Shown here: positions 8,305 through 16,403 of the stretch, one piece after another
Layout: each line of letters starts with the position of its first letter
Position numbering within the stretch: the first letter of the stretch is position 1
Assembly: GCA_964619725.1 (NCBI GenBank)
Contig: CAZUFC010000127.1
Coordinates: 1-22,727, forward strand
DNA: 22,727 nucleotides
Reading direction: 5' to 3'
Source: an uncultured bacterium
GTDB taxonomy: Bacteria > CSSED10-310 > CAZUFC01
The notes under the pieces: model-generated
Seen by the model: the letters and a program-made list of their open reading frames with translations, nothing else
Told to the model about the DNA's origin: nothing
The model's database searches: none
Made by a program: the position numbers and the translations under genes

Positions 8305-10929
8305 ATGAGATGCCCGGCATGCAAATCCAAAAATTCGAAGAATAACCGTTATTGCGCTTATTGCGGGCAATTGCTTGCGTTAAATAAGGGAACCTTGCCT
8401 GAACCTCAACCGTCAGCATTCGATGATATTGCGCAATTTCCGGCAGGCAGGATATTATGGGGGCAATATGAGATCATTGAGTATAAGGGTCAGGGATTGA
8501 CAGGAGCGGTTTACCGGGTCTGGGACCAATTGTTGAAGGAAGAGAAGGCGATAAAGATTTTTTATCCTGAGTTGACGGGTAACGAGAAGCATCTGAATCG
8601 ATTTTTGTGGGAAAGCAAGTCAGTCTTGAGGTTACGCCGGTCGAACATAGTAAAAGTATACAATTTTCTTAAGCAGGATAATTTACTTTATATTTCGATG
8701 GAGTATGTATCTGATGAGACTTTAAGAAGGCGTATCGACCGGATGTCCGAGCCGTTTTCGTATGAAACCGCGCTGCATCTTTTCATTCAGATCAGCGATG
8801 CTCTGGAGTATGCCCATCAATATGTTTTGCATCGGAATTTAAAACCGGAAAACATATTCATAACGCCGGACAATCAGCTAAAAATTGCTGATTTCGGACA
8901 AACGACGTCGATAAAGGGATCGGCTTTTCTGGAGAAGGTGCAGGGAAATGCGAGCGAACAGTATCTGGCTCCGGAACAGAGAGCGCCGGATAAGGAGACA
9001 GATGAGAAAACGGACGTATATGCGGCGGGATTACTTTTTTATGAAATAAGTGCGGGCCGGCCTTCAGGAGGACCTCCGTATGCGGGATTGAGGAAGAAAC
9101 GTGAGGAATTTCCAGAGGAGCTGGAAGCGGTTGTCATGGGTATGGTGGAGTCGGACCGGAACCGGAGAATTTCCAATTTTCAGATTATCAAGAAGCGGTT
9201 GCTCGGTCTGAAGGAAAGGGAAGCGGAACCTGCGGCGGCGCTGTTGATGAATGGTGAAAGAGGCGATGAAAAGACCGAGGACAGGGTATTCGGCGGAAGC
9301 AAGCAAACGGAGCGACCGGTGAATCCATTTACGCCTGCAGGACATTCTTCTCCTTCTTCTGCCGTAACTGAAACTTCACAACCGACATTGCCGCCGGCCT
9401 CTTTTTCTGAGGGGACGGACCAGGAAACAGCGACCGGTTCTGACGGCGTAAATGAATTAATTCAAGAAGCCGTGATGCTGCGAAAAGCGGGGCGATTCGA
9501 AGAAGCCATTCGCATCTGGCAATCATTGAGCTGGCGGAATGTCGACGGCGTTGATCCTTCGGAAGAAATACGTAAGCTCAAGCTGGAAAAAAGTGAAATT
9601 GAAGAAAAAAAACGTGCGGAAACGATGCTGGACAGCGTACGAAGAAAAGCTGCAGAAGCCGAAAAAGAGGGCCGGCATGAAAAAGCTTATCGCCTTTGGA
9701 ACAGCCTGGCTGCCGAAATCCCATCGCTCAAAAACGAAACGAACGCTGAACTGAAAAGGTTAAACGCGGTTATCGAAAAGAACAAATGGGCTAAACAGCT
9801 TGAAACCGAGAAGATGGATGCATTGAAAGCGCGAGCTCGCAGATACGAGGATGCGGGAAAAAAGGAAAAAGCTCTGACGTCCTGGCAGCAATTAAAGGCC
9901 ATGCCGGGAGCGGATGAAGAGATAACGGAAGCGGTTAAGAGATTGAGTTTTGAAATCAACCGTGAAAAAGAAGAACAGATCATGTGGGAGCAGAGAGGTA
10001 AGTTTAAAGCCGGACTGGAAAAATTATTCGTTGCGCTTTTTATGTTGTCGGTATTAGCGGCTGTGGCAGCGCTTATCATGATCGAGTATAAAAACAGGCG
10101 GCCTTTTACTGTCCGGGAATCCTCCAACCGCGTTTACGCCAATAAAAAATTGACGGGTTCGTCACTTCTTGTTGAAAGCATAAATTATAAAATGATGAGA
10201 ATAAAGCCCGGCGAATTCATGATGGGGAGCCCGGAGACCGAAAAGATGCGAGGGAGCGATGAAGCGCTTCACAAGGTCGTCGTCAGCAGAACTTTTTATA
10301 TTGGAGCTGCGGAGGTTACTCAGGGACAATATGCAGAAATAATGGGCATTAATCCGAGTCATTTCAAGGGATATGCATTACCGGTTGAATCTGTGAACTG
10401 GTATGCTGCAATAACCTTTTGCAACTTGCTTTCGGAAAAGGAAAACTTACCGCCGGCATACGAAATAAATTCGGACCGCGTCGCCTGGCTGAACAACTCA
10501 AACGGTTACAGATTACCTACCGAAGCGGAATGGGAATACGCATGCCGGGCTGGAACGGACGGCCCTTTCAATACGGGAAAAAACCTGGAGACGACCCAGG
10601 CGAATTATAACGGCATTTTCCCATACGCCGGACATTCCAGGGGCGACTACCGAAAAAGGACTCTTCCCGTCAGAAGTTTCGCACCCAACAGATTCGGTCT
10701 TTACGATATGCACGGCAACGTATGGGAATGGTGCTGGGACAGCTACGAAAAATATACGGCGCAAACAGGCTCCGATCCGTTCTCGAAAAGCGAAAGCTCC
10801 GAACGCATCGCCAGGGGAGGCGGCTGGGACAGTAATGCCGCCTCATGCCGTTCGGCCTGCAGAACAAAAGTAACGGCTGGTTACGGAACGGAATTTATCG
10901 GTTTCCGTATTGCCGTCTATGCTGAATGA
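8305..10929 (+). CDS. Zn-ribbon + Hanks-type Ser/Thr kinase-like + TPR-like repeats + TM + FGE-sulfatase (SUMF1/EgtB/NirV, C-type lectin fold) protein
   Basis: N-terminal CxxC…CxxC. Kinase motifs 'GQGLTGAVY', 'AIK', 'HRNLKPEN', 'DFG', 'APE', 'DVYAAG'. Hydrophobic helix 'LFVALFMLSVLAAVAALIMI'. FGE motifs 'PGEFMMGS', 'YRLPTEAEWEYACRAG', 'PNRFGLYDMHGNVWEWC', 'RGGGW', 'GFRI'. Confidence 0.9.
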   Translation: MRCPACKSKNSKNNRYCAYCGQLLALNKGTLPEPQPSAFDDIAQFPAGRILWGQYEIIEYKGQGLTGAVYRVWDQLLKEEKAIKIFYPELTGNEKHLNRFLWESKSVLRLRRSNIVKVYNFLKQDNLLYISMEYVSDETLRRRIDRMSEPFSYETALHLFIQISDALEYAHQYVLHRNLKPENIFITPDNQLKIADFGQTTSIKGSAFLEKVQGNASEQYLAPEQRAPDKETDEKTDVYAAGLLFYEISAGRPSGGPPYAGLRKKREEFPEELEAVVMGMVESDRNRRISNFQIIKKRLLGLKEREAEPAAALLMNGERGDEKTEDRVFGGSKQTERPVNPFTPAGHSSPSSAVTETSQPTLPPASFSEGTDQETATGSDGVNELIQEAVMLRKAGRFEEAIRIWQSLSWRNVDGVDPSEEIRKLKLEKSEIEEKKRAETMLDSVRRKAAEAEKEGRHEKAYRLWNSLAAEIPSLKNETNAELKRLNAVIEKNKWAKQLETEKMDALKARARRYEDAGKKEKALTSWQQLKAMPGADEEITEAVKRLSFEINREKEEQIMWEQRGKFKAGLEKLFVALFMLSVLAAVAALIMIEYKNRRPFTVRESSNRVYANKKLTGSSLLVESINYKMMRIKPGEFMMGSPETEKMRGSDEALHKVVVSRTFYIGAAEVTQGQYAEIMGINPSHFKGYALPVESVNWYAAITFCNLLSEKENLPPAYEINSDRVAWLNNSNGYRLPTEAEWEYACRAGTDGPFNTGKNLETTQANYNGIFPYAGHSRGDYRKRTLPVRSFAPNRFGLYDMHGNVWEWCWDSYEKYTAQTGSDPFSKSESSERIARGGGWDSNAASCRSACRTKVTAGYGTEFIGFRIAVYAE

Positions 10930-10960
10930 TATTTTTCTGCGTCCTGCCTGCTTCTGTGAT

Positions 10961-11950
10961 TTATTGACCCGCCATAGTCAGCGCCATGACAGCCTTGCAT
11001 GTGTGAAGCCTGTTTTCCGCTTCGTCATATACCACGGAATGAGGTCCGTCGATTACCGAATCAGTCGCCTCAAAATTGCGGTCTACAGGAAGAGGATGCA
11101 TATAAACGGAATCTCTCGCCGTCGCTTTCATTACATCGTCGTTGCATATCCACTTCTTGTACTGATCGCCGACTTTTTTGGCTTCATCCGGTTTGCCGAA
11201 TAAGTCAAAAGCGCCCCAGTTTTTCGCATATACTATGTCCGCTCCCTCAGCCGCCGCTTTCATATCGTTTACTACCTCAAATTTAGTCCCCGCTCTTTCC
11301 GCATTCTTCCGGGCCGTTTCCATGCACTCATCCAGAAGTTTATATTCCGGCGGATGCGCTAGAACAACATCCAGGCCGAACCGGGTCATCAGCATTATTA
11401 TGCCCTGGGGGACGCTCATCGGCCGGGCGTACTTCGGCGCATAAGCCCAGCTTATCGCCATCTTGCGGCCTCTTAAATCATTACCGAATTTCTCCTTTAT
11501 CGTCATCAGGTCAGCCATGGTCTGACAGGGATGATCAATATCGCATTGCATGTTTATCACTGGCTTGTCAGCCCATTTCGCGACCTCCCGCATGTACGAA
11601 TTTCCTTCCCCGGGTACCAGATCATGTCTTATGGCTATTCCATGCCCGTAACGGGATAAAATTATCCCCGTGTCCTTGGCGTTTTCACCATGAGAAATCT
11701 GCATCTTGTCCGGAGCCAGAAAATGAGCGTGTCCTCCCAACTGAGTCATCCCGGCTTCGAATGAATTCCTGGTTCGAGTGCTGACGTCGAAAAATATCAT
11801 AAATAGCGTCTTGTCATCTAATATTCGATGAGGTTCTCTCAAAGCAAAACGCTTCTTCAGGTCTCCCGCGGTTTCCAATGCCGTTTCGATCTCTTCTTTC
11901 GTCCAATCCTGAGTCGAAATGTAATCGCGGCCGTTAAGTCGAGTTATCAT
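10961..11950 (-). CDS. Carbamoyltransferase of the OTCase superfamily, YgeW/N-acetylornithine-transcarbamylase-like
   Basis: Carbamoyl-phosphate motif 'STRTRNSF', 'HPCQTMADL', 'MHPLP', 'EAENRLH', and 'SWAYAPKYARPMSVPQG' resembling YgeW. ATG 11950 is preferred over GTG 11959. Confidence 0.85.
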   Translation of the reverse strand: MITRLNGRDYISTQDWTKEEIETALETAGDLKKRFALREPHRILDDKTLFMIFFDVSTRTRNSFEAGMTQLGGHAHFLAPDKMQISHGENAKDTGIILSRYGHGIAIRHDLVPGEGNSYMREVAKWADKPVINMQCDIDHPCQTMADLMTIKEKFGNDLRGRKMAISWAYAPKYARPMSVPQGIIMLMTRFGLDVVLAHPPEYKLLDECMETARKNAERAGTKFEVVNDMKAAAEGADIVYAKNWGAFDLFGKPDEAKKVGDQYKKWICNDDVMKATARDSVYMHPLPVDRNFEATDSVIDGPHSVVYDEAENRLHTCKAVMALTMAGQ

Positions 11951-12323
11951 TTTGTTCACCCTTTCTCACTTATTAAGTTAATCGGAAATTTTACCATTTT
12001 CCGGTACAATTGCAGAAATTCACGCTGTCCGTTTCCGGCGCGGCCGTAAATTTCAGGATAAAATAAAAGAGGAAACCGGCAAAAGTCAAGTGGGCCATGA
12101 TCAAAATAACCAGTTTTTATGAAAAGCATACGGCAGCAGCGAATCACACGAATATAACGAACACTCCTCAAGCAAGGACCGAAATATCTCGTTCGTCCGC
12201 TGAAGCATCGGCCTAAACTGATAGCCTATACATTGACTGATCAACTCCGAAGCCTGACGAACCATTGAGTAAAATTCACCTTTTATGGACAAAAAACTCA
12301 TTATTTTTTCAAAACGAATTATG

Positions 12324-13496
12324 CTATCCTGTCCTGCAGTTAAGAACCAGTTCGGCGAGAGCGTGAGCGCCGGTCGCCAATGCGGATTCATCGATGTTGA
12401 AGTATGGACTGTGCAGGGGGTGAACGATGCCTGCTTCATCGTTTCTGACGCCTAGGAACATCATCATACCCGGCATTTTTTTCAGGTAATAGGCGAAATC
12501 TTCACCGTACATGACCGGATTAATGGGACAGATGACGTTCGGGAATTCCGGGAGTTTCGATAATGTTTCAGCGGCATATTCGACAATTTCGGGATCGTTG
12601 ACCACGGGAGGATAACCCAGGTCAAACGTTATATCGCAATCAGCGCCGGAGGCCCGGCATATCGTGTTCACCGTATGATCGAACTCTTCAAACATTTTAT
12701 CGTATATGTGCGGTTCCAGGGTCCTTATGGCGCCTTCCAGTACGGCCGTATCCGGAATGGCGTTATAGACGTCTCCCGCCCTTATTTTACCGAAGGTGAT
12801 AAGCAGCGTTTCGAGCGGGTCGGTTTTTCTGGATACGTTCTGTTGAAGCAGTTGTATAATGTTGGCGGCGACGACTATCGGATCGATGCATTGATGAGGC
12901 GCAGCGGCATGCCCTCCCCTGCCGTTGACCCTGATGACGAACCTGGAATCATTGGCCATCAAGGTCCCCGGTTTCATCGCCAGGGCGCCTGCAGGAAAAT
13001 CGGCGCTGCAATGAAGAGAAAAAATGCGATCAGCGTCGCTCAATACCCCGGAACCCAACACCTTAACCGCGCCTCCAGGCGGCAGCTCCTCGCCGGGCTG
13101 AAAAATAAACTTCACCGAGCTCCTGAGTTCCTCCTTCCGCAGAATCAACTCCCTGGCCGCGCCGTAAACGCAGGCCATGTGAGCATCATGACCGCACAGA
13201 TGAGCTTTTCCCGGATGCATGGAGCGATATTCCACATCATTCCGTTCTTCAAACGGCAAGGCATCCATATCCGCCCTGAGAGCAGTCACGGTTATTGCTC
13301 CAGGAACCTTCAATACTCCCATAACGGCCGTTCCGGCAAAACCGGTCTCAACATCCAATCCCAGCTCGTTAAGCCTTTCGGCAATATATGACGAGGTCTC
13401 ATATTCCTCAAACGCGGTTTCAGGTATACGGTGCAGCTCCCTTCTTACACGAATCAATTCTTTTAAATCAATATATCGCGATATATTTTCCGGCAT
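12324..13496 (-). CDS. M20D family amidohydrolase (HipO/N-acyl amino acid hydrolase-like)
   Basis: 'RRELHRIPE', 'RADMDALP', 'HLCGHDAH', 'FQPGEE', 'GGHAAAPH', 'GEDF', 'LHSPYF'. AGGAGG Shine-Dalgarno (SD) upstream. Confidence 0.92.
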   Translation of the reverse strand: MPENISRYIDLKELIRVRRELHRIPETAFEEYETSSYIAERLNELGLDVETGFAGTAVMGVLKVPGAITVTALRADMDALPFEERNDVEYRSMHPGKAHLCGHDAHMACVYGAARELILRKEELRSSVKFIFQPGEELPPGGAVKVLGSGVLSDADRIFSLHCSADFPAGALAMKPGTLMANDSRFVIRVNGRGGHAAAPHQCIDPIVVAANIIQLLQQNVSRKTDPLETLLITFGKIRAGDVYNAIPDTAVLEGAIRTLEPHIYDKMFEEFDHTVNTICRASGADCDITFDLGYPPVVNDPEIVEYAAETLSKLPEFPNVICPINPVMYGEDFAYYLKKMPGMMMFLGVRNDEAGIVHPLHSPYFNIDESALATGAHALAELVLNCRTG

Positions 13497-13628
13497 GCCG
13501 TCATCCTCCTGAAAACGTCCCTTTTATCATTGAACAGTTAAACTCAATATAACTAATCTGTCAATTTTAAGAAACTGCTTTTAACTTCTGCAGCCGCGGT
13601 CATTCATTTTGAACAGAAAGGCAAACGG

Positions 13629-13657
13629 TTGAAAACCTTGCAATTACTTAATATGAT
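13629..13657 (+). promoter_or_regulatory. Candidate sigma70 promoter for permease-wrbA(-DUF72)
   Basis: TTGAAA (13629-13634), 17-nt spacer, TATGAT (13652-13657). Confidence 0.55.
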
Positions 13658-13791
13658 TACTGAGGAATTTCGAGTCGACAATTCGTCGGAAACCGATGCC
13701 GGAATACTCATAAGGTTAACCATGTCGGCGTCGGATTCAGGCAGGTTTTTCCAGATTCAGAATGGCCGGAAAAACGAAGGAGATTTCGATA

Positions 13792-14304
13792 ATGTCGAAA
13801 AGGGGGAAATCCAGGATGTTCGGACCAACCTTGATTATGGGAATTATTGCCGCCGTGCTTGTAGGCGCAGGGTATTTTCACGGCAGACAACATATGGAGG
13901 GACTGTCGGAAGCAGCGCGCATGCTGATTGAAATCCTGCCTCTGCTTATTTTCGCTTTCATCACGGCCGGCATGGCGCAGACTCTTCTGCCGGAAAAAGC
14001 TTTGTCGGCTTGGGTAGGCGAGGAATCGGGATTCAAGGGAATAATGCTGGGCTCATTTGCCGGCGCCCTCACGCCCGGCGGTCCTTACGTGAGTCTGCCG
14101 ATCGTCGCCGGTTTATATAAAGCGGGAGTCGGAATTGCGCCACTGGTGGCTTATCTTACCGGATGGTCCCTCTGGGCCGTGTCGCGTCTTCCGCTGGAAG
14201 TGGGAATACTGGGGTGGAGACTCACCATCATCCGTCTGGCCAGCGTCCTGATATTTCCGCCGATTGCAGGACTCCTGGCTAAAATTATTAAAAATTTCCT
14301 GTGA
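13792..14304 (+). CDS. Predicted permease (DUF318/ArsP-like, short form)
   Basis: Multi-TM protein with 'WVGEESGFKGIMLGSFAGALTPGGPYVSLPIVAGLYKAG' and 'PLEVGILGWR'. The start is ATG 13792 (AAGGAG) or ATG 13816 (AGGGGG); the ORF track gives 13762. Confidence 0.8.
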   Translation: MSKRGKSRMFGPTLIMGIIAAVLVGAGYFHGRQHMEGLSEAARMLIEILPLLIFAFITAGMAQTLLPEKALSAWVGEESGFKGIMLGSFAGALTPGGPYVSLPIVAGLYKAGVGIAPLVAYLTGWSLWAVSRLPLEVGILGWRLTIIRLASVLIFPPIAGLLAKIIKNFL

Positions 14305-14390
14305 CGAATTTCAGTAATGATACTCTAAATTGTTAAGCTCCTCGATCACATTAAGCAAAAAACATCTCAGGAGACGCAAGGAGGATAAGG

Positions 14391-15002
14391 ATGAAAATAA
14401 ACATAATATTTCACAGTCTTTACGGACACATATTTAAAATGGCCGAAGCCGCGGCGGAAGGAGCGGATTCGGTTGACGGGATTCAAACAGCGCTTTTGCA
14501 GGTACCGGAAACCCTTTCAGATGACATTTTAAAGAAAATGAACGCTTTTGAAGCGAAAAAAAGGTTCGAACATATCCCCGTCGCGACTGTCGACGATCTG
14601 GCGAATGCTGACGGTTTAATTTTTGGAGTTCCGACCCGTTTCGGCATGATGACGGCCCAGATGCGGGCTTTCCTTGATGCTACAGGCGGTTTATGGGCCA
14701 AAGGTTCCTTGATCAGAAAACCTGCCTCTGTTTTTACTTCCTCCAATACTCAGCATGGAGGACAGGAGTCCACAATACTCAGTTTCCACGCCACATTGCT
14801 CCATCACGGCATGATAATCGCCGGCGTACCTTATTCTGAACAAGGGATAAGCGAAATAGGCGAGATATCCGGAGGAACGCCTTACGGAGCGTCAACTATT
14901 GCCGCGCCAGACGGAAGCAGAATGCCGAGTGAGAATGAACTTAAAGTGATGCGTTTTCAAGGCAAGCGGATGGCGGATATAACGAAAAAACTTATGGGGT
15001 AA
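14391..15002 (+). CDS. wrbA: NAD(P)H:quinone oxidoreductase, type IV flavodoxin-like
   Basis: 'FHSLYGH', 'GVPTRFG', 'TSSNTQHGGQEST', 'HHGM', 'GGTPYGAST…DGSRMPSENE'. Strong GGAGG SD. Confidence 0.95.
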   Translation: MKINIIFHSLYGHIFKMAEAAAEGADSVDGIQTALLQVPETLSDDILKKMNAFEAKKRFEHIPVATVDDLANADGLIFGVPTRFGMMTAQMRAFLDATGGLWAKGSLIRKPASVFTSSNTQHGGQESTILSFHATLLHHGMIIAGVPYSEQGISEIGEISGGTPYGASTIAAPDGSRMPSENELKVMRFQGKRMADITKKLMG

Positions 15003-15083
15003 TGGCTTGCCCAAGGACTTTCTTTCGACTTATTCTATGATGCTGAAATGATCATTGTGAATTATTAAAGGGAACAATTATTC

Positions 15084-16082
15084 ATGGAAAAAAATGAAAA
15101 TAAGCATACTGAAGAATTCAATTTCAGGCGCTTTGAACCGGAAATAGGATTCGGGACGGCCAGCGACCGTTACGCCAGCTGGATAGGTCAGATATATTCC
15201 ACCGGGAAATATGACGGTAAAATCACCCGAAGAAAGAAAAAACTGGGAAAAGAAAGCTTCACCGAGCAGGTTTTGCCGATTGAAAGCGTTGAAGAATATT
15301 TCCGTCATTTTTCTCTCCTCGAAATCGATTTCACATTTTATCGTCCCTTAATGGATAAAAACGGCAAACCTACGTCGAATTTCTTCGTGTTGAAGAATTA
15401 CGTCAAGCATCTGAATGAGGGAGACGGACTGATTATCAAGGTTCCTCAGGCGGTATGCGCCCAATCCCTGAGAAGAGGCGCCAAAATGGTGAAGAATCCG
15501 GACTATTTGAATGCTGAAATATTCAAGGAACGTTTTTACGATCCGGTGATGAGAATCTGCGGCGCCAACGTCCAGGGGTTCATATTCGAACAGGAATACC
15601 AGCGGAAAAAGGACCGGAAGCCCGTCAAACTCTTCGTTGAGGAGCTGCAGAGTTTTTTCGGTTCGATACCTGGTGACGGACGTTATCACCTGGAAATAAG
15701 AACGGAAGCCCTGCTGACGCAATCCTATTTCAGATTTCTCGAAGAAAACGGTATTGGACAGGTTTTTTCACATTGGACCTGGTTGCCGCCGCTTGCTGAA
15801 CAATTCGAAAAATCCGGCAATCGTTTCTTAAACCGGTCAAAGTCCGCGATAATTCGCCTGATGACGCCGCAAGGAATGAACTACGCTCAAACCTACGCCA
15901 AAGCCTTTCCCTTCGACAGAATGATCGACGACATGTTGAGTCGCCGGATGCTGGAGGATACCCGGGATTTGATCGAAACCGCCAGGAAAAACGAAGTCAA
16001 AACCAATGTTATCATCAATAATCGCGCCGGCGGTAATGCGCCGCTTATCGCAGTGGAAATAGCGAAACTCCTGGACGGATAA
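15084..16082 (+). CDS. DUF72 (YecE/YunF-like TIM-barrel) protein
   Basis: 'GFGTASDRYASWIGQIY', 'EYFRHFSLLEIDFTFYRP', 'IKVPQ', 'HLEIR', 'IIRL', 'INNRAGGNAP'. Confidence 0.85.
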   Translation: MEKNENKHTEEFNFRRFEPEIGFGTASDRYASWIGQIYSTGKYDGKITRRKKKLGKESFTEQVLPIESVEEYFRHFSLLEIDFTFYRPLMDKNGKPTSNFFVLKNYVKHLNEGDGLIIKVPQAVCAQSLRRGAKMVKNPDYLNAEIFKERFYDPVMRICGANVQGFIFEQEYQRKKDRKPVKLFVEELQSFFGSIPGDGRYHLEIRTEALLTQSYFRFLEENGIGQVFSHWTWLPPLAEQFEKSGNRFLNRSKSAIIRLMTPQGMNYAQTYAKAFPFDRMIDDMLSRRMLEDTRDLIETARKNEVKTNVIINNRAGGNAPLIAVEIAKLLDG

Positions 16083-16152
16083 GGCGGGATGCCGGCCTGC
16101 GCAGCACGGAGCAAAGGGTTCGAAAAAAATCTTTCCCGGTTGCTGCATTAAC

Positions 16153-16205
16153 GAATTTCAGAACTCTTGTATGTGGAGCTCCACATAAGAGGAGTTCTGA
16201 AATTC
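16153..16205. repeat. 53-bp near-perfect palindrome (MITE-like element or bidirectional terminator hairpin) between convergent genes
   Basis: GAATTTCAGAACTC (16153-16166) and GAGTTCTGAAATTC (16192-16205) form a perfect 14-bp inverted repeat. It encloses a perfect 18-bp palindrome TATGTGGAGCTCCACATA (16170-16187). Confidence 0.8.
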
Positions 16206-16403
16206 AGTTTCGCCTGAATGGCCGTCATGGTTTACTTCGACAACGATAACGAATACATCCTTAACGTTTTTTCCTTTAAAAACAATGAACTGATTCTCTT
16301 ATCACAATGCCGAAGTTCGGAAGGTGGAGATTCTTACCGCCGTATGATCAGTCCCGTTTTTTCAATAGTATGCATAAACGGACGTTTAATTTGTCGTCCT
16401 GTT

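Noticed and set aside
10800..10929. Diversity-generating retroelement variable region at the end of the FGE/CLec-fold domain
   Set aside because: No template repeat, reverse transcriptase or avd gene is in the window. Many candidate variable codons end in A/G (ACA, AAA, GTA, ACG, GAA) rather than the NNY expected from AAY templates. A remote template elsewhere in the genome cannot be excluded without a search.
11956..12439. ORFs 11956-12171 and 12101-12439 between the amidohydrolase and carbamoyltransferase
   Set aside because: No recognisable motifs, and they overlap each other or a real gene; the region is more plausibly a regulatory intergenic spacer.
13617..13645. c-di-GMP-I riboswitch-like AAAGGCAAAC…GAAA
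   Set aside because: It lacks the downstream GACGCAAAG and second stem, and it overlaps a good -35 element instead.
14302..14330. Selenocysteine read-through at the permease TGA
   Set aside because: The frame closes after six more codons, no SECIS-like hairpin is evident, and the protein already looks complete.
16345..16355. TGATCAGTCCC, an 11-bp match to the repeat terminus
   Set aside because: Similarity beyond the 11 bp is weak, so it cannot be distinguished from chance.
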